The notes beneath the pieces were generated by a model, which did not search any database, was not told the origin of the DNA, and worked only from the letters and a program-made list of their open reading frames with translations. Below are positions 11,083 to 20,790 of a DNA stretch of 62,184 nt, one piece after another. The stretch comes from Rickettsiales bacterium (GTDB lineage: Bacteria > Pseudomonadota > Alphaproteobacteria > Rickettsiales > UBA1997). Where the stretch lies: the NCBI GenBank assembly GCA_005787525.1, contig SYAR01000041.1, positions 1-62,184 on the forward strand, in the 5' to 3' direction. Numbering within the stretch: position 1 is the stretch's first letter; the number at the start of each line of letters is the position of its first letter. The position numbers and the translations under genes were made by a program.

Positions 11083-13485
11083 ATGAAACCCACATCAATC
11101 ATCAAAAACATTTTCACATCCGAACGTTTAAATTTTATTTTTTATGCAGTTTTATTGTTCATTTTAGGTTGTGCCTTTGGTATTTATTATGAAAAAAATT
11201 GTGAATATTTTTTGCAATTTTTTGTAATAATATTTGGTTTTTTAATTATGGTTTTAAGCCTTGATTATAAATCATCAAGAGCAGTTTTTTATTTAGCATT
11301 AATCATATTTATTTTAGGAATTTTTTATAGTAATTTTTATGTAAAACATTTTGCCAAAAACGAAGTTTTTGCACAAAAATTATATATAAAAGGTGAGGGT
11401 AAAATTATCGATTTAAAGGAATTTTATAATCCGGTAAATCGTAATTTTGGCGTTAATATTTCGCTCGATAATTTAACCATTTCAAAATTAAATTTTCAAA
11501 ATAATAAAATCAATAAAGCCAGTGATAAGAAGGTTAAAAAAGTTAAGAAAAAAAAGAAAAAAATCAAAAAAAAATCAAAAAAATCGGCGGAAAAAAGAGT
11601 AAAAAAAACGGCGAAAAAAATTTCTAAAACCCAAATTAAAAAACAACAAGCTTTTGCGAAAAAAATTTATAAAAATTATATCAATCTTAGCAATTATCAA
11701 GAGGTCGATCGGCGTTTTTTAGATTTCAAAAAAAATAATTATAGTCAAAATTGGATTGCCAAAAATAATGAATTTATTCTCGAAAATTCTCCGCAAAAAA
11801 TCTCGTTAAATTTAGCCAAACAATCAACAAAATTCAATATTAATGATATTATTAAATTTAATGCAGTCATAGAGCCACTTGATTTTCCAGATTTTAAAGA
11901 AAGTTTCGATTTAAAATCAAATGCTCGAGTTAAAAATATTCAAGCCTTTGGATTTTTTATTGGAAAGCCACAAATTATTTTGCAAAATCAAATCAATTCG
12001 ATTGATTCATGGTTTTTAAATTTACGCGAAATTATTCGAAAAAAAATTTTAAATAATTTAAGCGGAGATGGTGCTCATGTTGCTTTGGCGTTGTTAATTG
12101 GCGAACAAAAGCATATTTCTAAAAATTTACTCTGGGCAATTCGTAATTCGGGTTTGTCGCATTTATTGTCGATTTCGGGCTTTCATTTGTCGTTGGCGAG
12201 TGCGATTTTTTTTGTGAGTATTCGTTGGCTTTTGGTGCGAATTGAATTTATCGCTTTGCGTTTTGATATTAAAAAAATTTCGGCGATTTTTGCCATTTTT
12301 GCCAGCTATTTTTATTTAAAAATTGCCGATGCACCTTTGCCGGCTCAACGTGCTTTAATCATGGTGTGGATGGTGATGTTGAGTTTGTTAATTAATCGCA
12401 AATTTGATGGTAAAAGAGCGTTATTTTTGGCGTTGCTTTTGTTGGTTTTATTTAACCCGCATAATTTATTTCAAATCAGTTTTTTATTATCTTTTTTGGC
12501 AATTTTGACCATGGTTTGTTATGTCGAAACTTTTCGTGAAAAAATTTTCCCCGATTATAATTTAAAACTTGAAGATAAATTTATCACCGGAATTTTGAGT
12601 AAAATAAAATTATATTTTTGTGAAATTTTTATAATCACCGCACTTATTCAAATCATTACTTTGCCAATTTTAATGAACAGCTTTCAAACCTTCAGTTTTG
12701 TAGGCTTCTTCGCTAATTTGGTGGCGATTCCTTTGGTCGGTTTTTTGATTATGCCTTTGGGTTTTTTAGCATTATTTTTGATGCCAATTTCTGTGGAAAT
12801 TTTGCCTTTATTTTTGATGAAATATTCGCTAGATTTTTTTATTAAATCCGTTGAATTTTTTGCCGATTTTAAATTTGCAATCGTCGCCACCCCTCATTTA
12901 CCAAGCCTTGGATTGATTTTATGTTTAATTACTTCGGTAATATTTTTTATCGCCAATAATAAATTTTTAAAAATTATTATTTTGTTATTTTTTATTTTAA
13001 GTTTTGGCACAATTTTTTTGCATAAAAAAAATCAAATTATTTTTGAAAAATCACAAAAATTTTATGGCGTTTTTTATGAAAAAAATTTATATTTTTCTAA
13101 AAAACTAAAACCTACTAAGCAAGTAAAATCATGGCTTAAACATTTCGAAGTCCAAAATTTTGAAGTGATAAAAAAATGTACAAAAAATAAAAATTTAAAT
13201 CAAAAAATTTGCCAAAAATGTTATAAAAATTATTGTGAATTGCATGTTGAAAATCAACAAATTTTGGTGTTAAATGGGCGTAATAAATTATCAAAAATTT
13301 GTCGAAAATTTAAAGCCAAAAAATTTGATGCGATAGTTAATATGACCAAGAAATACCAGATTCCACCATGTTTTGCAAAATATAATAATCCTAAAATTAT
13401 TATTGATAATTCGGATTTTTTGTTAAAAGGCACTAATTTTTTAGAAATAAAAAATAATAAACTAATTTATTTTTATAATAACTAA
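11083..13485 (+). CDS. comEC: ComEC/Rec2 DNA-uptake channel protein with a Lys-rich insertion
   Basis: ALLIGE, GLSHLLSISGFHL, RALIM, FQISFLLSF, ANLVAIPL and many TM segments; no recognisable C-terminal metallo-beta-lactamase motif. Confidence 0.88.
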   Translation: MKPTSIIKNIFTSERLNFIFYAVLLFILGCAFGIYYEKNCEYFLQFFVIIFGFLIMVLSLDYKSSRAVFYLALIIFILGIFYSNFYVKHFAKNEVFAQKLYIKGEGKIIDLKEFYNPVNRNFGVNISLDNLTISKLNFQNNKINKASDKKVKKVKKKKKKIKKKSKKSAEKRVKKTAKKISKTQIKKQQAFAKKIYKNYINLSNYQEVDRRFLDFKKNNYSQNWIAKNNEFILENSPQKISLNLAKQSTKFNINDIIKFNAVIEPLDFPDFKESFDLKSNARVKNIQAFGFFIGKPQIILQNQINSIDSWFLNLREIIRKKILNNLSGDGAHVALALLIGEQKHISKNLLWAIRNSGLSHLLSISGFHLSLASAIFFVSIRWLLVRIEFIALRFDIKKISAIFAIFASYFYLKIADAPLPAQRALIMVWMVMLSLLINRKFDGKRALFLALLLLVLFNPHNLFQISFLLSFLAILTMVCYVETFREKIFPDYNLKLEDKFITGILSKIKLYFCEIFIITALIQIITLPILMNSFQTFSFVGFFANLVAIPLVGFLIMPLGFLALFLMPISVEILPLFLMKYSLDFFIKSVEFFADFKFAIVATPHLPSLGLILCLITSVIFFIANNKFLKIIILLFFILSFGTIFLHKKNQIIFEKSQKFYGVFYEKNLYFSKKLKPTKQVKSWLKHFEVQNFEVIKKCTKNKNLNQKICQKCYKNYCELHVENQQILVLNGRNKLSKICRKFKAKKFDAIVNMTKKYQIPPCFAKYNNPKIIIDNSDFLLKGTNFLEIKNNKLIYFYNN

Positions 13486-13647
13486 ATTTATTGATAATTT
13501 TGAGTTTCTATTTTTTGAGTCGATTTGAAATCTATTGCTATAATTTTTTAAAAACAAACTAAAACCATGAATTAGTTAAAATATACTTGCATTAAAAGCA
13601 TAATATAAGTTAAATTTGCTAATTATTTATTAATTTTATGAAAATTT

Positions 13648-15087
13648 ATGAAAATTGAAAAAGCGGAATTAATTGCAATTTTAGCAAAATTTAATCCTTG
13701 GTGGAGAGAAGATAAAATCTCTGATTTGCCAATTTGGAAAAGAGCTTCTTTTGGAGAGCTTTATAATTGGGTAAGAAATCCCCCAGTTCATCGTGCTATA
13801 TTTCTATCGGGTGCAAGGCAAATTGGAAAAACAACTTTAATCATGCAAGCGATTGAAAATCTTATCAATGATGGGGTTCCGCCGAGTAATATATTTTATG
13901 CAACATTCGATCATCCCCTTTTGAAGCTTGTTGGAATTGATGCCGTAATTAAAGCTTGGCGTCAACACGAGATTGAGCAAGAAGGATTTCAATATATTTT
14001 TTTAGATGAGGTTCAATTTATTCGCGATTGGGGAACTTGGGTAAAACATCAGGTTGATTTTAATAAACAGCGTAAAATTATTTTTACTGGATCGGCAACT
14101 CCTGTATTGCAAGAGGATCAAGAATCGGGAGTTGGTCGGTGGCATACTATTCGTTTAACCACATTATCTTTTTATGAATATATTAAATTGAAAAAAATAA
14201 ACTTACCAGAATTGCCAAAAATCAAATCTTTAAAAGAAATTTTTGAATGGAATCAAAATGAAATTTCTAGAGTGGGCGAAATTGCAACGCATTATATAGC
14301 TCAATTTCATGAATATTTAGTTCGCGGTGGATTTCCTCAAACTGCATTAGTTAACAATGTGAATCAAGCACAAAAACTTTTACGCGAAGATATAGTTGAT
14401 AAGGTTTTAAAGCGAGACATGACGGCAATGTTTGGAGTAAGACTTGTTTTAGAATTAGAGCAAACTTTTCTTTATTTATGTTTGCATGATGGTGCAATAT
14501 TAGACATGACCAACTTAGGAAAAAATCTTGGCATTAAGCGCCCTACGGCACAAAATTTTATTGAATTGTTGGAGACTACGCATCTTATTTATAAACTACA
14601 ACCATTTGGTTACGGAAAGGAAATTTTAAGAGGCAAGCATAAAATTTATTTGTCAGATCCAGCTATTGCGCCAGCTGTTATGTTGAAAGGACGCGGAATT
14701 ATTGATAACCCAGAAGCGTTGGGGGTTTGCGCCGAATCAGCAGTATTAAAGCATTTATATGCGCGTTATTATGCACAAAATGTTAGATTTAGTTATTGGC
14801 AAGGGAAAAAAAATTTGGAAGTTGATTTGGTTGCGGAAATTGCCACGGAAATTATTCCATTTGAAGTGAAATATAGATCTCAACATACAGCTCTTTCTGA
14901 TTGCAAGGGATTGTTAGAATTTTGCTCTAAGCGTGATATAAAAAGAGGTTATGTAATCACTAAATCCACCGATGATTTTGGCGTAATTGATCAAAATAAT
15001 TCCAACATTCCTGCGATTTTAAAAATCCCAGCAACCCTGTTGTGTTATTTCATGGGAGAAATGGAGATTAATCAAAAATATATTTAA
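13648..15087 (+). CDS. AAA+ ATPase (AAA_14) with DUF4143/PD-(D/E)XK-like C-terminus
   Basis: NPWW start, Walker A GARQIGKT, Walker B FLDEVQ, TGS, GGFP, KIYLSD, EVDLV...PFEVK. Confidence 0.85.
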   Translation: MKIEKAELIAILAKFNPWWREDKISDLPIWKRASFGELYNWVRNPPVHRAIFLSGARQIGKTTLIMQAIENLINDGVPPSNIFYATFDHPLLKLVGIDAVIKAWRQHEIEQEGFQYIFLDEVQFIRDWGTWVKHQVDFNKQRKIIFTGSATPVLQEDQESGVGRWHTIRLTTLSFYEYIKLKKINLPELPKIKSLKEIFEWNQNEISRVGEIATHYIAQFHEYLVRGGFPQTALVNNVNQAQKLLREDIVDKVLKRDMTAMFGVRLVLELEQTFLYLCLHDGAILDMTNLGKNLGIKRPTAQNFIELLETTHLIYKLQPFGYGKEILRGKHKIYLSDPAIAPAVMLKGRGIIDNPEALGVCAESAVLKHLYARYYAQNVRFSYWQGKKNLEVDLVAEIATEIIPFEVKYRSQHTALSDCKGLLEFCSKRDIKRGYVITKSTDDFGVIDQNNSNIPAILKIPATLLCYFMGEMEINQKYI

Positions 15088-15092
15088 AGTAA

Positions 15093-15932
15093 TTAAAAAA
15101 ATTCTTTTTCAAATTTTTCGAAATTAATCGCCTCGAGATTTTCTTTAACATCATGAACGCGTAAATAATCGACTTTTTTTTGTGCCAAATATTGCGAAAG
15201 AATCAATGTTTTAGAGGTGCGGTCAAGGTTAGTTTGTGAAGGAATATTTAACGCATCTAAAAAACTTTTTTTCGAATGTCCGACGTAAATTGGTAAATTT
15301 AAAACTCGAAAAGCATTAATATTTTTCAAAATGCGAATTGATTGCATTGAGTTTTTGGCGAAGCCGATTCCGGGGTCAAAAATCAATTGCGATTTTTGAA
15401 TTTTTCGACTCGTTAAAAAATCAATTTTTTGTTGTGCCCAATTAATTATTTCTTCAACAACATTTAAATCACGATTGACGATGAGATCAGGATTGGAGTG
15501 GATCGCGAGATTATGCATCAAAATCGCCGTTAAATTATTTTGTGCAATATAATCGATAATTTTTTCATCAATTAAACCACTTACATCATTAATAATTTCA
15601 ACACCAATTTTGTGGGCAAAAATAATGGTTTCGAAATGATAAGAATCGATACTTGCTTGAATATTTTTATGATGAATTTTATTAAAATTTTTAATCGCCA
15701 AAATTAATTTTGGCAAAATATTTTCAAGCCTTTTGATTTCTTCTTGAGCACTAAGAATTTGAGCATTTGGTCGTGTCGATTCGGCTCCAATATCAACAAT
15801 ATCAACGCCTGAAGCCAACATTTTATCGAGATGAAAAAGAGCTTTTTCTTCATCAAAATATTTTCCGCCATCAGAAAATGAATCGGGGGTAAGATTTAAA
15901 ATACCAACGATTTTTGGTTTAAATTTTACCAT
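15093..15932 (-). CDS. folP: Dihydropteroate synthase
   Basis: GILNLTPDSFSDGG, DIGAESTRP, DPGIGFAK, GHSKKSF, RVHDV. Confidence 0.95.
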   Translation of the reverse strand: MVKFKPKIVGILNLTPDSFSDGGKYFDEEKALFHLDKMLASGVDIVDIGAESTRPNAQILSAQEEIKRLENILPKLILAIKNFNKIHHKNIQASIDSYHFETIIFAHKIGVEIINDVSGLIDEKIIDYIAQNNLTAILMHNLAIHSNPDLIVNRDLNVVEEIINWAQQKIDFLTSRKIQKSQLIFDPGIGFAKNSMQSIRILKNINAFRVLNLPIYVGHSKKSFLDALNIPSQTNLDRTSKTLILSQYLAQKKVDYLRVHDVKENLEAINFEKFEKEFF

Positions 15933-17140
15933 TTTCTTTCAAATTTTTTGCGTAAAATTATGGCGCCGAGATTTAATAAAATTAAGAATGTTAATAATAC
16001 TAAAATTGCGCCCGAAGTTTTTTCGACAAAGCCTGCTTCGGGTAAATCAGACCATAAATAAATTTGCACCGCCAACGCCGAAGAAGGATCCAAGAAGCTT
16101 TGCGGAGTGTCGGCGATAAAGGCGACCATGCCAATCATCAAGAGCGGAGCGGTTTCGCCAAGTGCGCGCGACATTGCTAAAATCGTTCCCGTCATAATTC
16201 CAGGGATCGAAAGTGGCAATAAATGATGCCAAATTACTTGCATTTTTGAGGCGCCGATGGCAAGGGCGCCGTCGCGAATTTGGCTCGGAATCGAGCGAAT
16301 TGTGTTGCGCGTGGCGATAATAATTACCGGCAAAACCAACATGAATAAAGTCATGCCACCAACCAAACTTGATGAGCGCGGAAAATGCATGAATTGAAGA
16401 TAAAGCGTTAAGCCGAGCAAGCCGTAAATGATTGAGGGAATTGCGGCGAGATTGTTAATGCTGATCTCGAGAATGTCGGTGAGGCGATTTTTTGGCGCAA
16501 ATTCTTCGAGGTAAAAAGCGCACATTATGGCGATTGGAAAAGCGAAAATTAAGAAAATAATCATGATCATCAAAGAGCCGACGAAGCTAGATAAAACGCC
16601 GGCGATTTCAGGTTCACGCGAATCGCCAAATTGAAAAAATTCCCAATTGAAAAATGTTTTTATTTTATTTTGTTCTTGCAGTTTTTTAATCCACAAAATC
16701 TGTTTTTCTTTTAAACCTGAAGCGTCATTATGCTTAATAAACATATCAACTTTAGAGCTAGCTTTAACCCAATAAATATGCGGTTTCTCAAGATTTTTAT
16801 TTTTTTCAATCGATTTTTTTAAATCAATATTACTGGCTTTGCTTACAAGTTGATAAAGTAAATTTAAATCGACAATTGAATTAATTTTTGGATCAATTTT
16901 GTGAAGATTTTGTTTGATAATTTGACGATGATCGAGAGTTGAAATATCGGTTTCTTTATTTAAATCAAATTCAATGCCAATCTTAGTGCTAGTAAAGACG
17001 CCGTTGCTTTTATAAATTATCATCGTAAAAAGAGCCGCTAAAAAAAATAACGAAAATCCGATCGAAATTCTTCCAAGTAAAATAAATCTTTTTTCGCTTT
17101 TTTTGCGTTTATTAATGTTGTTAATTTTTGATTCAATCAT
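15926..17140 (-). CDS. pstA: Phosphate ABC transporter permease PstA
   Basis: DSREPEIAG, YLEEFAPKN, NLAAIPSIIYGLLGL, RALGETAPL. Confidence 0.93.
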   Translation of the reverse strand: MIESKINNINKRKKSEKRFILLGRISIGFSLFFLAALFTMIIYKSNGVFTSTKIGIEFDLNKETDISTLDHRQIIKQNLHKIDPKINSIVDLNLLYQLVSKASNIDLKKSIEKNKNLEKPHIYWVKASSKVDMFIKHNDASGLKEKQILWIKKLQEQNKIKTFFNWEFFQFGDSREPEIAGVLSSFVGSLMIMIIFLIFAFPIAIMCAFYLEEFAPKNRLTDILEISINNLAAIPSIIYGLLGLTLYLQFMHFPRSSSLVGGMTLFMLVLPVIIIATRNTIRSIPSQIRDGALAIGASKMQVIWHHLLPLSIPGIMTGTILAMSRALGETAPLLMIGMVAFIADTPQSFLDPSSALAVQIYLWSDLPEAGFVEKTSGAILVLLTFLILLNLGAIILRKKFERKW

Positions 17141-17201
17141 TGCTAAATTTTTTTATCGAATTTAAAATTTTTTTTAAATTGAATATTATTTATTTATAAA
17201 A

Positions 17202-18300
17202 TTATTGCAAATTTTTAGTGAGCATTGCCTTAATAAATCCTTCGATTTCGCCGTCTAAAACCGCTTGAATATTGCCGGTTTCGAAATCGGTGCGCAAATC
17301 TTTAACCAATTGATATGGATGCAAAACATAAGAACGAATTTGATGCCCAAAACTATTGTCGCTTTTGGAATTTTCTTTAACATCCAAAGCTTCTTTTTTC
17401 TTATTTAATTCAAGTTCATAAAGCCTTGACTTAAGCATTTTCAAGGCTTCGGCTCGATTTCGAATTTGCGAACGATCGCTTTGACATTGCACCGCAATGC
17501 TAGTCGGCAAGTGAGTAATACGCACGGCGGAATCAGTTTTGTTGACATGTTGTCCGCCGGCGCCCGAAGCGCGAAAAGTATCAACGCGCAAATCTTTTTC
17601 TTGAATTTCGATATTAATTTCATCGTCAATTTCGGGATAAGCCCAAATCGAAGCGAAACTCGTTTGCCTTTTGCCGTTGGAATTAAAGGGCGAAATACGA
17701 ACTAAGCGATGAATGCCAATTTCATTTTTAAGCCAACCGAAAGCATAACGACCTGAAATTTTCAAAATTGCCGAACGCAAACCGGCTTCTTCGCCGTCTA
17801 AAATATCAATTATTTCACATTTAAAACCGCGAATATTGGCGAATCTTTCATACATTCTTAAAAGCATTAAAGCAAAATCACAAGAATCGGTTCCACCCGC
17901 TCCAGCATTGATGTCAACAAAGCAATTATTAATATCATTTTCGGCGCTAAAAAGACATTCAATTTCAAAATTATCGCTAAGTTTTTTGAGGGAATTTAAA
18001 TTATTTTCAACATCATTTAATAATTGTGAATCATTCTCAATTTCGGCTAATTCCAAATAACTTAAATTATCATTTAATAAATTTTTTAGATTATTAAATT
18101 TGTTAAGTTTTTCTTCGATTAATGATTTTTCTTTAAGAATTTTTTGGGCTTTTTCTTTATTGTCCCACAAGGTTGGATCTTCAGCGATTTTATTTAATTC
18201 ATCAAGTTGCGACTGCAATTTTCTAGGGTCAAAGGCACCTCTCAACGAGGTTTAATGATTCGCTAATTTGCTTGATTAAGTCGTTAATTTCGATTTTCAT
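17202..18300 (-). CDS. prfB: Peptide chain release factor 2 (programmed +1 frameshift)
   Basis: SPF and GGQ motifs. The true start is ATG at 18300 (MKIEINDLIKQISESLNLVERCL), followed by CTT-TGA-C; the +1 frame continues DPRKLQ. Confidence 0.95.
18228..18243 (-). promoter_or_regulatory. prfB +1 frameshift site (internal SD plus CTT TGA C)
   Basis: Minus strand reads GAG AGG TGC CTT TGA C, the canonical RF2 autoregulatory arrangement. Confidence 0.93.
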
Positions 18301-18309
18301 TTTGAATTT

Positions 18310-19254
18310 TTATAAATAAATTTCAGAAATTGTTTGCGTTACTTTTTTGGCGGCGGAATCGAGCAATAAGGAATTTACGTAAATTTTATTAGTGTCCTTG
18401 CATTTATTAACACCTTTTAACATATAGCCGTCAGTAACTCCGGCACAAGCGAATATAACTTCGCCGCACGCCATTTCTTCGGCAATATATTTTTTATTTA
18501 AATCTTTGATGCCCATTTTTTTGGCACGTTCAATTTGTTTTTTATTATCGTGAAAAACTAAGCGTCCCATCATCTGACCGCCGATAACTCTAAGAGCCGC
18601 CGCCGCCAAAACGCCTTCGGGAGCGCCACCTGTTCCCATATAAGCATCGATTTTAGTATGCCCCGAAGTGCAAGCGATAACGCCCGCAACATCGCCATCG
18701 CCGATTAAACGTACTTTAGCTCCGGCTTCACGAACTTTGGCGATAAGTTCTTTGTGACGTGGACGCTCGAGAATCATCACCGTTAATTCATCAATTGCCA
18801 CTTTTTTGGCTTTGGCGATATTTTGTAAATTTTTCTTGGCACTATTATCGAGATCGATTATGCCTTGCGGTAAGCCCGCACCGACCGCAATTTTTTCCAT
18901 GTAAACATCTGGCGCGTGTAAAAATCCGCCTTCATTGGCAAAGGCAATCACCGCCAGCGAAGACTCGCCAGCATTGGCACAAATTGTAGTGCCTTCGAGC
19001 GGATCTAAGGCGATATCAACCTTATCTCCGCCTTTGCCAACTTTTTCGCCGATATAAAGCATCGGAGCTTCGTCTCTCTCGCCTTCACCGATAACGATTT
19101 TACCAGAAATATTCATTTGGTTTAAGGTGTGACGCATTGAAACTACCGCAGCTTGATCGGCGGAAATATTGTCGCCCTTGCCAATCCAGTCATAGCAAGC
19201 GATAGCAGCTTTTTCAACAACATTAATTATTTGCGAAGATAGTGAGGTAAGCAT
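18310..19254 (-). CDS. glpX: Class II fructose-1,6-bisphosphatase
   Basis: VIGEGERDEAPMLYIGE, DPLEGTT, APDVYMEK, GDGDV, GGAPEGV. Confidence 0.95.
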   Translation of the reverse strand: MLTSLSSQIINVVEKAAIACYDWIGKGDNISADQAAVVSMRHTLNQMNISGKIVIGEGERDEAPMLYIGEKVGKGGDKVDIALDPLEGTTICANAGESSLAVIAFANEGGFLHAPDVYMEKIAVGAGLPQGIIDLDNSAKKNLQNIAKAKKVAIDELTVMILERPRHKELIAKVREAGAKVRLIGDGDVAGVIACTSGHTKIDAYMGTGGAPEGVLAAAALRVIGGQMMGRLVFHDNKKQIERAKKMGIKDLNKKYIAEEMACGEVIFACAGVTDGYMLKGVNKCKDTNKIYVNSLLLDSAAKKVTQTISEIYL

Positions 19255-19287
19255 TTTTTAAAATTTAATTTGGAGAAATTGGTGGAT

Positions 19288-19314
19288 AAAAAAAAGGTGG
19301 ACATTTGTCCACCT
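19288..19314 (-). terminator. Intrinsic terminator downstream of rpmG
   Basis: Inverted repeat aggtggaca/tgtccacct, followed on the minus strand by a T8 tract. Confidence 0.75.
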
Positions 19315-19319
19315 AAAAT

Positions 19320-19514
19320 TTAACTAGAGAGCTTTTGCTCTTTGAATTCAACATGTTTACGAACCACAGGATCGTATTTGCTAAAAATCATTTTTTCGGT
19401 TTTTTGCTTAGGATTTCTTCTGGCTAAATAATAGAAACCAGTCCCAGCAGAACTTACCATTTTAAACAAAATCGAATTTCTTTTTGATTTTGAAGCTTTA
19501 GGTTTGCCAGCCAT
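19320..19514 (-). CDS. rpmG: 50S ribosomal protein L33 (Zn-free type)
   Basis: KMVSSAGTGFYY...KYDPVVRKHVEFKE. Confidence 0.95.
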   Translation of the reverse strand: MAGKPKASKSKRNSILFKMVSSAGTGFYYLARRNPKQKTEKMIFSKYDPVVRKHVEFKEQKLSS

Positions 19515-19780
19515 ATTTGACCTCGATAATTATAATTTATTTGATGTTTTGGATTATCATTTTTTAGTTTGATAATTAGCAAAACTATAATCTTAAAAAT
19601 TCATTGTGATTTAAATAAAGTCTCAAGTCAAGGCGTTTTTTAAAATCCAAATTTTGTTTGTTAAAAAAAGTGTTTCAAAAAAATTTTAAGAATTGAATTT
19701 TAATTAAATTGATTGTTTTTTATAAATTTTAGAATTGAATAATTTTCATAAAAATTTAGCAAATACAAAAAAATTCAAAA

Positions 19781-20731
19781 ATGACAAACAAAAATTCTAA
19801 AAAAGCCTTTTCCTTGGTTGAAATTTCAATCGTAATTTTGATTATCGGCTTGTTAATAGCTGGAATTTCAAAGGCCGGCGATATGATATTTGATGTAAGT
19901 TTAAAATCCGCAAGCTCATTAACAAAAGGAGCAAAAGTTGGTCGTATGCCAGGTTTGGCTTTGTGGTTAGAAACTACTAGCAACGAATCAATTCTTGAGA
20001 AAGAAAGATATGATAATACAGATATTTCAATTTGGCGCGATATTAATCCGCAATCATCTTCGAAATTTATTTTTAAAAAAGTTGGAGCGCCAAAATATGT
20101 GGAAAAAGGGCAAAATAATTTACCTGCGGTTGGATCTTTAAGTGGTGATAATTATTTCATACCTTATACTTCAGAAACCAGTACAACTGTTGCCGCTTAT
20201 CAAGCAAATCAAATTTTTTCTTCCGGCACTTTGTTAACAATTTTTATGGTTTTGAAACCTAAGGCAATTGCAGCAGATTTACTTTCTTTTTGCCCATACT
20301 CTACTGGATCAAATTTAGATGCGTGCACTACTTCCGCTAAGTATATTGGTCTGGGTTTAACTGCTAGTGGTAATGTAGTATTTAATACTGTGGGTGGGAC
20401 GGCCGCTGCTGCAGCTACAAGTACAATAACATCCACTAATTCTTATACTCTTAAAAATTTAATTGTAGTTTCTGCCATAAAAGATGCAACGGATAATCTA
20501 AAATTAGCTGTAAATGGAGCAAGTGCGGCTACAGCAGTTGCTAGCACTAATAAATTAATGACTTCTTCTTTTAATGGAACCTTTAGAGTTGGTGGTGTTC
20601 TCGCTACTGACGTTGAGATTTATGAAATTATTGTATTTGCTTCAGCGTTGAGTGATACTGATAGATTAGTTGTTGAGACTTATCTTGGAAAAAAATATAA
20701 TGTTGCAATGACCAAGACTACGACTTTATAA
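19781..20731 (+). CDS. Prepilin-leader protein with LamG/ConA-like domain (paralog 1)
   Basis: KKA|FSLVEISIVILIIGLLIAG class III signal; family motifs LALWLETT, WRDINP and YEIIVF...VETYLGKKY. Confidence 0.8.
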   Translation: MTNKNSKKAFSLVEISIVILIIGLLIAGISKAGDMIFDVSLKSASSLTKGAKVGRMPGLALWLETTSNESILEKERYDNTDISIWRDINPQSSSKFIFKKVGAPKYVEKGQNNLPAVGSLSGDNYFIPYTSETSTTVAAYQANQIFSSGTLLTIFMVLKPKAIAADLLSFCPYSTGSNLDACTTSAKYIGLGLTASGNVVFNTVGGTAAAAATSTITSTNSYTLKNLIVVSAIKDATDNLKLAVNGASAATAVASTNKLMTSSFNGTFRVGGVLATDVEIYEIIVFASALSDTDRLVVETYLGKKYNVAMTKTTTL

Positions 20732-20790
20732 ATTATTAAATTTATTAATTAAATTTGACTAAAAAATAAAAATCACTTTCAATTAAATAT

